Shown: positions 11,013 to 21,714, numbered from the stretch's first letter. The stretch is DNA of 64,000 nucleotides from Planctomycetota bacterium (GCA_015075515.1 JABTUE010000004.1:457119-521118), one strand, 5' to 3'. Numbers and translations are program-made. The notes: generated by a model from the letters alone, not told the origin.

Positions 11013-11918
11013 TCACTTCTTGCCTTCGGCCTTCTTGGTTGCTTTCTCGCGCGTGGCCGCCATGCCGTCTTGGATATCCTTGGGGGGATCCTTGATGCCC
11101 TCAAGAGCTTTCAGCGCGCCCTTGGGGTCGCCCGTATCGAGCATGGCACAGGCACGGCCGTACTCGGCCCGGGCCCGATTTTCGGCACCAGCTTCCTTGA
11201 AATCCTTCAGAAACTCCGTGAATCGCGCCAAGGCACCTGCCGCATCGCCGCAATCCAGCGCGATGTTGGCCGCCCGCAGTGTCCAGGTTTCGATGCGAGA
11301 ATCGGCCTTGTCGGCCTTCTTCAACAATTTGATTGCTTCGTCCATCGAGCCTGTGGCCTTGGCGCCGTCTTTGCCTTTGGCCCAGGCTTCGGCGCGCCTG
11401 GCATGATAGTCGGGGTCTTTTTTGGCGTCCTTGTTCTCCTTGGCCTCTCTTTCCAGCGCCTCAAGCTCCTTGCGCCAGGCATCCCAGGCCTCGCGGGCGT
11501 TCTTGAACACGTCGTCGCGGGTGATGCCCGATTCCTGGCGCCACAGCGGCTTTTTGGCGCCGGGGGCAAATACGGCACAGGTACCCAGCGGCCCGTATTT
11601 CTCGACCAGCTCCGGGTTCTGGGTCCATCCCGAACCGCCCGCCATGCCGTCGGCCATGTCCAGCCGGCCGATGTTGACTGTGGCCTTTACGAAGATGGCG
11701 GCATCTTCATCTTTGGCAGTGCGTTCGCGCAGCTTGTCGAAGTTGACGTCCGGGCCGCCCATGCCGGCCATGATCACAGCCATGAAGATGGGCTGACTGG
11801 TTCGGGCGGCGGTTTTCTGTGCGGCATCCAGATCTTCCCATTTGGTTGAGGCTTGTGCCGAAAGCGAAGCGGCGAGCAAGGCGCCAAGCGCCAGCCCGAA
11901 GGCGTGAACACGAAGCAT
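11013..11918 (-). CDS. Secreted protein: degenerate thioredoxin-like N-terminus without CxxC, plus TPR-like C-terminus
   Basis: Signal peptide; WEDLDAAQKTAARTSQPIF resembles thioredoxin-like starts; helical TPR-type tail. Confidence 0.65.
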   Translation of the reverse strand: MLRVHAFGLALGALLAASLSAQASTKWEDLDAAQKTAARTSQPIFMAVIMAGMGGPDVNFDKLRERTAKDEDAAIFVKATVNIGRLDMADGMAGGSGWTQNPELVEKYGPLGTCAVFAPGAKKPLWRQESGITRDDVFKNAREAWDAWRKELEALEREAKENKDAKKDPDYHARRAEAWAKGKDGAKATGSMDEAIKLLKKADKADSRIETWTLRAANIALDCGDAAGALARFTEFLKDFKEAGAENRARAEYGRACAMLDTGDPKGALKALEGIKDPPKDIQDGMAATREKATKKAEGKK

Positions 11919-11989
11919 AGAAAGCTCCGGAGGGGGAGCAGGGGAATCGCGGTGATTATAGCCACAGCTAACGACGACGGCAAAAAGAA

Positions 11990-13477
11990 TCACCGGCCGC
12001 CTTCGCGGCGGAAGTCGCGCCCGTCAAAGCTGAACAGCACATCCTTGCCGTCTTCGCGGCTGGCCAGATGCACCGGGCGGTTCCAGATGCGGTTGAGGTT
12101 GATCAGCGTTTCGCGCATGTACTTGCTGTCCAGATCAAAGCCGTCGTGGCGGTGCACCAGCAGCAGTTCGCCGCGGTTGTGAAAGTTGCCGTCATGAACC
12201 TGGATGAAGGGTTCACCCATGTTCGTAAGCTGGGTCAGCAGCTTCTGCTTGATGGCCTCAAAATCGCGGGTGCTGATTTCATAGCGCGCGCTGGTGGGGT
12301 TGTAGTCATAGGTGAACAGCTTGGCGCGCACGCAGAACTCGGGCGTCAGAAACTCGTCAATGAACGTCAGGTCGTTGTAGACACGGCGCACTTCAAAGAT
12401 CTTGCGCCGGCCGGCCCCGCGTTCTTTGGTATCCCAGGCGGCGCGGGCGGCCATGTCTTCGCACTGGTCGTAGTCGCGGCCGTGCATGCCGCGATCCCAC
12501 CGGTATTCAATATCGCGCAGCAGTTCCAGCCCCAGCTTGTAGGGGTTGATCACGCCCGGCTGCATGCCCATGGTCATGCTGTGGTGGTCGGCAAAATCCA
12601 CGATCTCGGCGGCCGTGGCGGCCTTCTGGGTCATGATCATGCTGTGCCAGTAGCTGGCCCAGCCCTCGTTCATGATCTTGGTCTGGCGCTGGGGTGCAAA
12701 GTAATAGGCCTCGTCGCGCACAATGCCCAGCACGTCGCGCTGCCAGTTGCGCAGCGGGGCATAGTTGATCAAGAACCACAGCACGTCCTTGATCGGCTGT
12801 TCGGGAAACTTGGGGGGCTGCTGTTTCTTTTTCAGCAGTTCGGACCGGCGCTGCTCGAGAATCTCGGGCGGGTTGATGTAGCGGTCCATGTAATCTTTGG
12901 ATTTGAGCTTGGTGACCTCCACCCGTGCGGTTTCGTCCTGCAATTCGGTCTGTTCGCGCCGCACCGGCGGCTTGGTGAAGGGCAGGGCCGGGTCAATCAG
13001 GTTTTCCAGACTCAGACAGGCGTCAATGAAGGTTTCGACCTTTTCGCGCCCGTAATGGTCCATGTAGCGGCGGATGCGCGCCGCGTGGTTGGCCATCTGG
13101 TCCACCATCTTGCGGTTGGTCTTGCTGAACCAGGCGTTGTTCTTGAAGAAGTCGGCATGGCCGTACACGTGGGCCATGACCAGTTTCTGGGACACAAAGT
13201 CATTGCTGTCCATCAGGTAGGCAATCACCGGGTCGTTGTTGATCACCAGTTCGTAGATCTTGCTGATGCCGTAGGTGTAGCCCTTGAGCAGCTCTTCGTA
13301 CTGCATGCCGAAGCGCCAGTGCGGGTAACGGGTGGGAAACCCGCCGTAGGCCGCGATTTCGTTCAGCGATTCGTAATCCAGCATCTCAAAGTGCACGTCA
13401 TAGAAATCCAGACCGTAGTCACGGGCGTGCTTGAGGATGCTTTCCTCGGCTTTGCGCAATTCAACGCTAAGCTGCAT
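11990..13477 (-). CDS. SpoVR family protein
   Basis: PTRYPHWRFG, IYELVINNDP, AHVYGHADFFKNN, TKIMNEGWASYWH; GGAG RBS. Confidence 0.93.
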   Translation of the reverse strand: MQLSVELRKAEESILKHARDYGLDFYDVHFEMLDYESLNEIAAYGGFPTRYPHWRFGMQYEELLKGYTYGISKIYELVINNDPVIAYLMDSNDFVSQKLVMAHVYGHADFFKNNAWFSKTNRKMVDQMANHAARIRRYMDHYGREKVETFIDACLSLENLIDPALPFTKPPVRREQTELQDETARVEVTKLKSKDYMDRYINPPEILEQRRSELLKKKQQPPKFPEQPIKDVLWFLINYAPLRNWQRDVLGIVRDEAYYFAPQRQTKIMNEGWASYWHSMIMTQKAATAAEIVDFADHHSMTMGMQPGVINPYKLGLELLRDIEYRWDRGMHGRDYDQCEDMAARAAWDTKERGAGRRKIFEVRRVYNDLTFIDEFLTPEFCVRAKLFTYDYNPTSARYEISTRDFEAIKQKLLTQLTNMGEPFIQVHDGNFHNRGELLLVHRHDGFDLDSKYMRETLINLNRIWNRPVHLASREDGKDVLFSFDGRDFRREGGR

Positions 13478-13651
13478 GGCTGCTCCTGCCCAGAGTGTAC
13501 GCCCCGGCGGCATAACGTCGAGCCGTGGGGAAACTTGCGGAGAATTCCCTGAACCTTGCGGGTGCCTGTCCGTTGACAAGGGCTCACAGGGACTGGGCTG
13601 ATTGCGTGGCCTTGCCGGCGCGGTGCGGGCCACGGCTGTCAGGAGCACCCC

Positions 13652-16600
13652 ATGCGGAGCCTCTCCGCGTGCGCGGTACTGTCACTTGGCCTGCTGTGCG
13701 CCGCGCTGAACCACGGCGTTGCGGGCGGCCAGGACAGCCCCGACGCGCCCTTGTCCGCCCTTTCGACGCTCGAGTTGGCCCCGGCCTTTGACGGCCACGC
13801 CCAGGCGCGCTTTGAGGAACTTTGGGGCGACCACGACGCGCTGGTGCGGCTCAAGTCGCGCTACGCCCTGGCCGACGCTTCCTGTCCGCTGCCGGATTCG
13901 CCGCGACAGGTGTTCTACCTGCGGCTGCGCGCCGCCCCGGGGCCTGAACTGCTGCGCGCGCTGGACGATTGCGGGGCGCGGCTGCTGGCCTATTACAACG
14001 AAAACACCTGGGCGGTGCGGGCGCGCGACCACGCGGCGCTGGCGGAATGGCTGGCGGGCCGGCCCGAAGTGGCGGGCACGCTGCTGCGGCTGCCGGTGGA
14101 CGCCTGCGACAGCGCGCTGTGGCACGAAATCGCCAACACCGGCGCGGGCGTGTACCGCGTCGGATTCTGGCTGGATGTTTCCTCAACGGCTGTGCGGAAC
14201 ACCATCGGCCAGGCCGGCGGCGTTCTGACCTGGGCGACACTGGAAGAATTCGACCAGCCTGAACTGGCGTCTCGGTTTGTCGAGGCCTGGCTGCCCGCGG
14301 GCGCGGCGGGGCAACTGGCCGCGCACCCGGACGTGGAGTTCATCTGCCGCGCGCCCGAAGTGGCGCTGCATAACCAGAACTCGGTGACGCTGTCCCAGGC
14401 CAACGCCTCGCTGGTGGGGCCGGGCACGGCTTACGGTCTGGACGGCAGCGGTCTGGTGGTGGGGGTGTGGGATGCCGGCGACGCGCTGGAAACCCATGCG
14501 GATTTCCAGGGCGCGCCAAGCCCCAGCCCGATCGGCAACGGGGCGCGGCGCGTGCGTGACATGGCGGGCATGAGCACGCACTATCACGCCACGCACGTCA
14601 CCGGCACGATCATCGGCGACGGCACCGGCGCCGCTGCGGCCCGCGGTTTCGCGCCCAAGGCCTGTGTCGTGAACTATTACTACGGCACGGCCACCACCGG
14701 CGCCCAGCGCGCGGCGCGCTATCAGTTCCGCACGGTGGCGGAAAACCACAGCTACGGCGCCACCTATGGCAGCAGCAACATGGGCGGCTATGACTCGATC
14801 TCGCAGAGCCAGGACATTCTGGCGCGCGACCTGCTGCACCTGATCTGCCGTTCGGCGGGCAACTCGGGCTCGGGCAGCCAGACCGTGGGCGACGACAAGC
14901 ACGCCAAGTGCGCGTTTCAGGTCGGCGCCACCGACGACGCCGGCAACGTGATTGGCATGTCCAGCCGCGGCCCCAGCGACGACGGGCGGTTGCAGCCAAC
15001 AGTTGCCGCCAACGGCAACGCCGTCTATTCCACCTACAGCAACGGCGGCTATGCCCAGTTGTCGGGAAGTTCCATGGCCAGCCCCGGCGCCTGCGGCGCG
15101 CTGACACTGATCACCCAGCACTGGCGGGCCAAATACGCGCGCAAGGCCTTTCCGGCCGACGCCGCGCTGGCACTGGTGGCCGTTACGGCGCTGGACAAGG
15201 GCAACCCCGGCCCGGATTACGTGTATGGGCTTGGTATTCCGCGCGTGAAGGACGCCTGCGACCTGATCAACAGCGACCTTGCCGCCGGCGGCAAGCAGAT
15301 TGTGCGGGGCCAGGCCCGGCACAACGCCACGGTCGAGTACGACCTGGTTGTTTCCTCGTCGGCCACGCCCTTGCGTGTGGCGCTGGCGTGGCTGGACCTT
15401 GACGCCGCCGCCGGGGCGGCGGTGACGCTGGTGAATGACCTGGACCTGACGCTGGTTTCGCCCACGGGCACGACGCACCACCCCTACAGCGGCCTGACCA
15501 ACGGCGTGGGGCAAAGCCAGAACCACGTGTGGACGACAAGCGGCCCCAACCGGCGCGACAACGTGGAACTGGCGGTGATCACCAGCCCTGAAACCGGCAC
15601 CTGGAAGGTGCGCGTCAAGGGCCACAACATTCCGGCCAACGCGCGCGGCGTGCCCAACGCCGTGCAGGGCTATGTGTTGTGCAGCAACCGCGCCCTGACC
15701 CACAACTTTGCGTGGGCCGCCGACAGCCTGAACACCGGCACGCCGGTCAGCATCCCCGACAACAACCCCACGGGGCTGGTGCGCACGCTGAACGTGAGCA
15801 ACACCGGCACAATCAAGGGCGTGCGTCTGTACGTGGACATCCGCCACAGTGCGCGCGGAAATCTCGAGATCGTGCTGGAGCACCCGGACACCACCACGGT
15901 GCTGTTGCAAGGCACGACCAGTTCCACCACCGACGACCTGATCGCGATTTTCCCCGACACGCGCCAGCACAACAGCGACGTGACGGCGCTGCTGAACAAG
16001 CCCGCCAACGGCGCCTGGAAGGTTCACGTGCGCGACAAAACCGCAGGCGACACCGGCACGCTGGAGTTTCTGGCCCTGGAACTGGAAACCACGGCCCCGG
16101 CCGCCCCCAACACGCCGCCGGTGGCCAACGCCGGCGCGGATTTCTCGATCACCGAGGGCAACACCGCCCAGCTTAACGGCAGCGGCAGTGACGCCGACGG
16201 CGACACGTTGACTTACGCCTGGACGCAGATTGCCGGGCCGGGCGTCAGCCTGACCAATGCCAGCCAGCCCCAGGCCAGTTTTGTGGCACCCCAGGTCAGC
16301 GCCGCCACGCCGCTGACCTTCCGGCTGACGGTCAACGACGGCCGTGGCGGCAGCCATTCCGACGATGTGGTGGTCACGGTGCTGGATTCCGCCACAAACA
16401 ACCCGCCCAACGCCAACGCCGGGCCTGACCAGGGGGCCGTGTTCGGCGCAACTGTGACACTCAACGGCACGGCCAGCAGCGACCCCGACGGCGACACGTT
16501 GACCTGGGCCTGGGTTCAGACCGGCGGCACCACGGTCACCTTGAACGGGGCCAACACCGCCACGCCGTCGTTCACGGCGCCGTCTGTGGCTGACACGCTG

Positions 16601-16822
16601 ACTTTCCAACTGACTGTCAGTGACGGCCGCGGCGGCACCGCCACGGACACCGTAGTGGTGTCTGTCAACGCCACGGGCACGCCGCCGGCGCCGCCGCCAA
16701 CCGGTGGGGGAGGCGGCAGGGGCGGCGGTGGGGGAGGCGGGGGATGCATGGCCGGCGCGGGCGCAATCTGGCCGCTGCTGCTGGTTTTGCCCCCGGCGCT
16801 GGCCCGCCGCCGGCGCCGTTAG
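13652..16822 (+). CDS. Secreted S8 subtilisin-family protease with P-domain, two PKD-like repeats and a C-terminal sorting tail
   Basis: Triad VGVWDAG / HATHVTGT / SGSSMASP; PPxANAG repeats; Gly-rich-C-TM-RRRRR end. Confidence 0.9.
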   Translation: MRSLSACAVLSLGLLCAALNHGVAGGQDSPDAPLSALSTLELAPAFDGHAQARFEELWGDHDALVRLKSRYALADASCPLPDSPRQVFYLRLRAAPGPELLRALDDCGARLLAYYNENTWAVRARDHAALAEWLAGRPEVAGTLLRLPVDACDSALWHEIANTGAGVYRVGFWLDVSSTAVRNTIGQAGGVLTWATLEEFDQPELASRFVEAWLPAGAAGQLAAHPDVEFICRAPEVALHNQNSVTLSQANASLVGPGTAYGLDGSGLVVGVWDAGDALETHADFQGAPSPSPIGNGARRVRDMAGMSTHYHATHVTGTIIGDGTGAAAARGFAPKACVVNYYYGTATTGAQRAARYQFRTVAENHSYGATYGSSNMGGYDSISQSQDILARDLLHLICRSAGNSGSGSQTVGDDKHAKCAFQVGATDDAGNVIGMSSRGPSDDGRLQPTVAANGNAVYSTYSNGGYAQLSGSSMASPGACGALTLITQHWRAKYARKAFPADAALALVAVTALDKGNPGPDYVYGLGIPRVKDACDLINSDLAAGGKQIVRGQARHNATVEYDLVVSSSATPLRVALAWLDLDAAAGAAVTLVNDLDLTLVSPTGTTHHPYSGLTNGVGQSQNHVWTTSGPNRRDNVELAVITSPETGTWKVRVKGHNIPANARGVPNAVQGYVLCSNRALTHNFAWAADSLNTGTPVSIPDNNPTGLVRTLNVSNTGTIKGVRLYVDIRHSARGNLEIVLEHPDTTTVLLQGTTSSTTDDLIAIFPDTRQHNSDVTALLNKPANGAWKVHVRDKTAGDTGTLEFLALELETTAPAAPNTPPVANAGADFSITEGNTAQLNGSGSDADGDTLTYAWTQIAGPGVSLTNASQPQASFVAPQVSAATPLTFRLTVNDGRGGSHSDDVVVTVLDSATNNPPNANAGPDQGAVFGATVTLNGTASSDPDGDTLTWAWVQTGGTTVTLNGANTATPSFTAPSVADTLTFQLTVSDGRGGTATDTVVVSVNATGTPPAPPPTGGGGGRGGGGGGGGCMAGAGAIWPLLLVLPPALARRRRR

Positions 16823-16922
16823 GCCGAAACGCCCGCAAAACCGCGCCAGCCCGGCCTTTGGTCGGGCTGGTGTGGTTTGGGGCGACTCCGTGGCAACCCA
16901 TGACACGGCAGTGACATAAGAC

Positions 16923-17088
16923 TAGAGCTTTTTCATGGTTTGTATGCAGAGGTTCCGCGCCGCGCCGGGCAAGCAGACCAAGGAGCGCGAGCGCAGGTGT
17001 GGCTGGAGGCCACATGGAGCGAGCGCGACGCAGGGATGCGACGCCCGCCGCAAGCGGAAGCCTGAAGACGAACCATGAAAATGCTCTA
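16923..17088. mobile_element. Putative MITE (166 bp)
   Basis: Terminal IRs TAGAGCTTTTTCATGGTT / AACCATGAAAATGCTCTA (17/18 match), TA at both ends, no plausible gene inside, internal hairpin TGTGGC-TGGAG-GCCACA. Confidence 0.65.
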
Positions 17089-17318
17089 AGTGAATAAGTT
17101 ATTTGTAAGTTCTTGAACCCTGAACAAACTCCTATGGTACGACTGCCGTTTGCAATGCAGTTTCGTGGGGAGTCTGGGTAACTCCGCCTGTGCGATCTTT
17201 GGCATCTCGGACTTGGTGTGTCGCCGACCGGTGTGGATGTCGGCCCTGACTGCGTTTGGGAGAGCGCAGCCATCGGCCCCAGCCTGTCCCGCCGGCGCCA
17301 TGCCGAAGGGAGGCATCC

Positions 17319-20300
17319 ATGCGGCCCAAACCCGCATTGTATGGCCTGGCTTTGTTGTTGATTGCCGGTGGTTTCGCCTTCGTGGGGCAGGACCACCCAA
17401 GCGGCCAGGAAACGCCGGCGCAAGCGCCGGCAGGCCTGCGCCAGTCCAGGGCACACGACGCCCTTGACCGGCAGGTCATGGAAGCAGCGCTATCCCTTGA
17501 AGAGCGGGCGGCTCTAGTGACGCTTGTGTCCCGATCCGTGCTGGTTGACCCTGATTGCCCGCTGCCGACGTCCGAACCGACAGCCCCGTTTTACCTGAAG
17601 CTCCGTGGTCCGATGACCGCGGAGTTCGCGGCCGAATTGCAGGCCGCCGGCGCCTCGTTTGTGGGCTACGCGGCCGAACACACCCATTTTGTGCGCGCCG
17701 TGGCGGCACAGGCCCGGCCGGGCATTCGCGCGTTGATTGCATCCCACGGCGGCGTGGTCGGCACGGCCTTGCAGCAACCCGAAGACGTGTGCGACGCCCG
17801 CGCCTGGGTCATGCACCAGAACCCTGCCTTTGAGGGCGCCGAATTCCGCGTGCTGTTCTGGCGCGACGTGACGGCGCCGCAGGCGGCGGCGCTGCTGGCG
17901 CGTTACCGGGCGCCGGTGCTGGAGGCATCCACCGACGCCGAAGGCCGGCTGGACCTTGAAACCCCGTTCGTTGACACCTGGCTGGACCGCGCGGCGCTGC
18001 TGGCCTTTGCCGCCAGCCCGCTGGTGGAATGGATCGAGCCGCGTCCGGTGTGGCAGGTGGGCAACGTGGCCAGTTGCGCGCTGTCGCACGCCACGGCCGC
18101 CGAAGTCGGCCCCGGCACCAGCTACAACCTGGACGGCACCGGTCTGGTCGTGGGCGTGTGGGACGGCGGCACCTGCCGCGACAGCCACGTGGGCGTGCAG
18201 GGCGCGCCCAGCCCCAGCCCGATCAACAACGGCACCAAGCGCGTGGCCAAGGGCACGGCGCTTGGTCTTGACGGCGGCAGCACGGCCTCGCACCCCACGC
18301 ACGTGACGGGCACGATCATCAGCGACGGCACCAGCAGCAGCGGCGGCAACGGCCGCGGCTACGCGCCCAAGGCCTGCGCCCTGAGCTATGACTGGAACAG
18401 CATGAGCAGCGAACGCCGCATGGCCCGCCACACCTGGCGCCACGTGGCCGACAACCACAGTTACGGCAATGCCGGCGGCGGCACCGGCGGCTATGACAGC
18501 TCGGCCCAGTCCAGTGACCAGGACATCCGCGACATCCTGCTGCTGATGTGCAAGGCCGCGGGCAACGACGGCAGCGCCGACAACACCGTCACCGACGACG
18601 GCTGCATGAAAAACAGCTTCACGATCGCTTCCACCAGCGACAGCGGCACGGTTTCCGGCTTCAGTTCGCGCGGGCCGACCGATGACGGGCGGCTGATTCC
18701 GCACTTTTCGGCCAACGGCGAAAACCTGCTGAGCCTGGGCAGCGGCAGCGACACCAGCTATGTGCAGAACGGCTGGTCCGGCACCAGCATGGCCAGCCCC
18801 AGCGCCTGCGGCTCGCTGGTGCTGCTGGCCCAGTTGTGGCGGCGCGAGTTCAGCAACCGTAACTTTTCGCCCGACGTGGCGCGCGCGGTGCTGGCGCTTA
18901 CGGCCGAAGACCGCGGCAACACCGGCCCGGATTACCGCTACGGCTTTGGCATCGTGGACTGCAAACGCGCGGCCGACCTGATTCTGGCCCACAAGAGCAG
19001 CGGCGGCCGCCACATCGTCAACGGCACCATCCGCCAGGGCGCCACGGTGGACATCCCGGTGGCGGTCACGGGCACGGCGCCGCTGCGCGTGACCCTTTCG
19101 TGGCTGGACATTTACGCCAGCACCGGCGCGGGTACCAAGCTGATCAACGACCTTGACCTGGAACTGATCGCGCCCAACGGCACCACGGTGCATTATCCCT
19201 GGAGCGGCCTGACGACCTCGGGCGTGCAGACGCACCAGTGGACGCGCACCGGCCCCAACCGGCGCGATAACATTGAACTGGCCACGGTGGATTCGCCGGC
19301 CACCGGCACATGGACGATCCGCGTCAAGGGCTTCAACATCCCTTCCACGCCGCAAACAGGCATTCCCAACGCGGCCACGGGGTTTGTGGTGGCCTGCGAA
19401 CGCCCGATGAACATCAACAAGGTAATCCGTGAAGACGCCGTGAACACCGGCAGTCCGGTCAGCATCCCCGACAACAGCGCCGCCGGCATCAGCCGCACCT
19501 TCAGCGTCAGCGGCGTGACCGGCACCGTGGCCGCCGTGCGCGTGCACGTGGACATCAAGCACACCAACCGCTCGCACCTGGTGATTCACCTGCGCCACCC
19601 CGACAACACCCAGGTGACAATCGAAACCAACAGCAGCACACGCCGCGACCTGATCGCCACCATCCCGGACACGCGCCAGAACATGAACGATCTGTCAGGC
19701 ATGACCGGCAAGGGCGTCAACGGCACCTGGACAATCATTGTCGCCGACACCGTAAGCGGCAACACGGGCACGCTTCAGTACCTGACGCTGGAAATTGACG
19801 TCAACGCCGCGGGCTCGGCCAACAATCCGCCCAACGCCAACGCCGGCAACGACCAGACCGTCAATGAGGGCACGCTGGTGACTTTGAACGGCACCGGCAG
19901 CAGCGATCCCGACGGCGACGTGCTGGCCTTCAGTTGGCAGCAGCTTTCCGGCCCGGCGGTCACGCTGAACAACCCGACCACAGCCACGCCGACATTTACG
20001 GCGCCGCTGGTTTCGGCCACCACAAACCTGAGCTTTCGCCTGACGGTCAACGACGGACGCGGCGGCACCGACACCGACGACGTGGTGATCACCGTGCAGG
20101 ACGTAACGGCACCCAACAACCCGCCCAATGCCAACGCCGGGCTTGATTTCAGCGTGGTAGAAGGCAACCCGACCGGGCTTGACGCAACCGGCAGCAGCGA
20201 CCCCGACGGCGACGCGCTGACCTTCAGTTGGGCCCAGATCGGCGGCCCGGCGGTCACGCTGGCCGGTGCCAACACGGCCACACCGACGTTCACGGCACCG

Positions 20301-20840
20301 ATGGTCACCGTCAGCACGCCGCTTACATTCCGTGTTACGGCCAATGACGGGCGCGGCGGCACCGACACCGACGACGTGGTGGTGACGGTTCTGGACTCCA
20401 TGGCCAACCAGCCGCCGGTGGCCAACGCTGGCGCCGACAAAAACGCGCCGGTCAACTCGGTGGTGAACTTGGACGGTTCGGCCAGCAGCGATCCAGACGG
20501 CGACCCGCTGACCTACAGTTGGGTTCAGGTGGGGGGCACCAACGCCGTTGCGTTGTCCAACCCCACGGGCGCAGCCACGGCGTTTACCGCGCCTTCGGTG
20601 GCTGACACGCTGGTGTTCCAGCTTGAGGTCAGCGACGGCCAGGGCCACTTCTCGCTGGACACGGTCACGGTGTTTGTCGGCTCGGGCGCCGGCGGTTCCG
20701 GCGGCAGTGGGGGAGGCGGCAAGGGCGGCGGCGGGGGCTGCGCCCAGAACGCGCGGGACACGGGCGTTCCGGTGCTGCTGGTGATGCTTGCCGCGGGTCT
20801 GCTGGTTTCGATCCGGGCGGCCCGGCGCCGGGCTACTTGA
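17319..20840 (+). CDS. Secreted S8 protease paralog with P-domain, three PKD-like repeats and a C-terminal sorting tail
   Basis: GGAGG RBS; triad VGVWDGG / HPTHVTGT / SGTSMASP; collinear with 13652-16822. Confidence 0.9.
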   Translation: MRPKPALYGLALLLIAGGFAFVGQDHPSGQETPAQAPAGLRQSRAHDALDRQVMEAALSLEERAALVTLVSRSVLVDPDCPLPTSEPTAPFYLKLRGPMTAEFAAELQAAGASFVGYAAEHTHFVRAVAAQARPGIRALIASHGGVVGTALQQPEDVCDARAWVMHQNPAFEGAEFRVLFWRDVTAPQAAALLARYRAPVLEASTDAEGRLDLETPFVDTWLDRAALLAFAASPLVEWIEPRPVWQVGNVASCALSHATAAEVGPGTSYNLDGTGLVVGVWDGGTCRDSHVGVQGAPSPSPINNGTKRVAKGTALGLDGGSTASHPTHVTGTIISDGTSSSGGNGRGYAPKACALSYDWNSMSSERRMARHTWRHVADNHSYGNAGGGTGGYDSSAQSSDQDIRDILLLMCKAAGNDGSADNTVTDDGCMKNSFTIASTSDSGTVSGFSSRGPTDDGRLIPHFSANGENLLSLGSGSDTSYVQNGWSGTSMASPSACGSLVLLAQLWRREFSNRNFSPDVARAVLALTAEDRGNTGPDYRYGFGIVDCKRAADLILAHKSSGGRHIVNGTIRQGATVDIPVAVTGTAPLRVTLSWLDIYASTGAGTKLINDLDLELIAPNGTTVHYPWSGLTTSGVQTHQWTRTGPNRRDNIELATVDSPATGTWTIRVKGFNIPSTPQTGIPNAATGFVVACERPMNINKVIREDAVNTGSPVSIPDNSAAGISRTFSVSGVTGTVAAVRVHVDIKHTNRSHLVIHLRHPDNTQVTIETNSSTRRDLIATIPDTRQNMNDLSGMTGKGVNGTWTIIVADTVSGNTGTLQYLTLEIDVNAAGSANNPPNANAGNDQTVNEGTLVTLNGTGSSDPDGDVLAFSWQQLSGPAVTLNNPTTATPTFTAPLVSATTNLSFRLTVNDGRGGTDTDDVVITVQDVTAPNNPPNANAGLDFSVVEGNPTGLDATGSSDPDGDALTFSWAQIGGPAVTLAGANTATPTFTAPMVTVSTPLTFRVTANDGRGGTDTDDVVVTVLDSMANQPPVANAGADKNAPVNSVVNLDGSASSDPDGDPLTYSWVQVGGTNAVALSNPTGAATAFTAPSVADTLVFQLEVSDGQGHFSLDTVTVFVGSGAGGSGGSGGGGKGGGGGCAQNARDTGVPVLLVMLAAGLLVSIRAARRRAT

Positions 20841-21714
20841 GCAGCCCGAACGCCGCCAGCGCCGCGCGCATCGTTTCGCGGTTCCTGGCTGCGACCGGCG
20901 CCAGTGGGGGACGCACGTGCTCCTGGCACAGGCCCAGCAGCGCGCAGCCGGCCTTGACGGGCACCGGGTTGGTTTCGGTGAAACAGGCGTCAATCAGCGG
21001 CAGCAGCCGCCGGTGCAGCTTTCTGGCCGCGCCAAACTCGCCGGCGTTGATGTGCCGGGCCAAGGCGGCCATTTCCGCGGGCACCAGGTTGCTGACCACA
21101 CTGACAATGCCCACGGCCCCCAGCGCGCCCAGCGGCAACGTCGCCGCGTCGTCGCCGCTCAGAAAGGCCATGCCCGGGCACTGGGCCAGCACCTCGTCGG
21201 CCTGTTTCAGGTTGTTGGTGGCGTCCTTATAGCTGGTAAATGACCCCGGAAAGTCCCTTACCAGCCGCGCGATTGTCTCCGTGGCGATGTGCACCGCCGT
21301 GCGCCCCGGAATGTTGTACAGCATGACCGGAAACCCCGGCACGGCCCGGGCCACGGCGGCAAAGTGCCCGTACAGGCCCTCCTGCTGCGGCCGGTTGTAG
21401 GCCGGCGCCGCGATCAGCGCGCCGTTGGCGCCCAGATCGCGGGCCTTGACCGTGGCGGCGACGGTTTCGGCCGTGCTGCTGGCGCTGGTGCCGGCATAGA
21501 CCGGCTTGCGGCCCCTGACGCGCCTGACGGCATGGGCAATCACCTGTTCGCGCTCGGGCTGGGTCAGGGTGATTGCCTCGCCGGTGCTGCCGCAGACCAC
21601 AAGACCGTCAATGCCCTGTTCAAGCTGGCGGTCAATCACGCGATCCAGTGCCGCAAGGTCAACCGAAAGGTCGGCGGCAAACGGCGTGATGATGGCGGTG
21701 ATGGCACCCTGCAT
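20833..21714 (-). CDS. dapA: 4-hydroxy-tetrahydrodipicolinate synthase
   Basis: TAIITPF, GSTGEA, LYNIPGRT, catalytic K in YKDAT, SGDD, NPVPVK. Confidence 0.93.
   Translation of the reverse strand: MQGAITAIITPFAADLSVDLAALDRVIDRQLEQGIDGLVVCGSTGEAITLTQPEREQVIAHAVRRVRGRKPVYAGTSASSTAETVAATVKARDLGANGALIAAPAYNRPQQEGLYGHFAAVARAVPGFPVMLYNIPGRTAVHIATETIARLVRDFPGSFTSYKDATNNLKQADEVLAQCPGMAFLSGDDAATLPLGALGAVGIVSVVSNLVPAEMAALARHINAGEFGAARKLHRRLLPLIDACFTETNPVPVKAGCALLGLCQEHVRPPLAPVAARNRETMRAALAAFGLLK

Noticed and set aside
16110-20680. Recurring GCCAACGCCGG / GACCCCGACGGCGAC repeats as a CRISPR array or DGR template
   Set aside because: They are coding repeats of PKD-like domains with about 300-bp periodicity, and no cas or reverse transcriptase gene is present.
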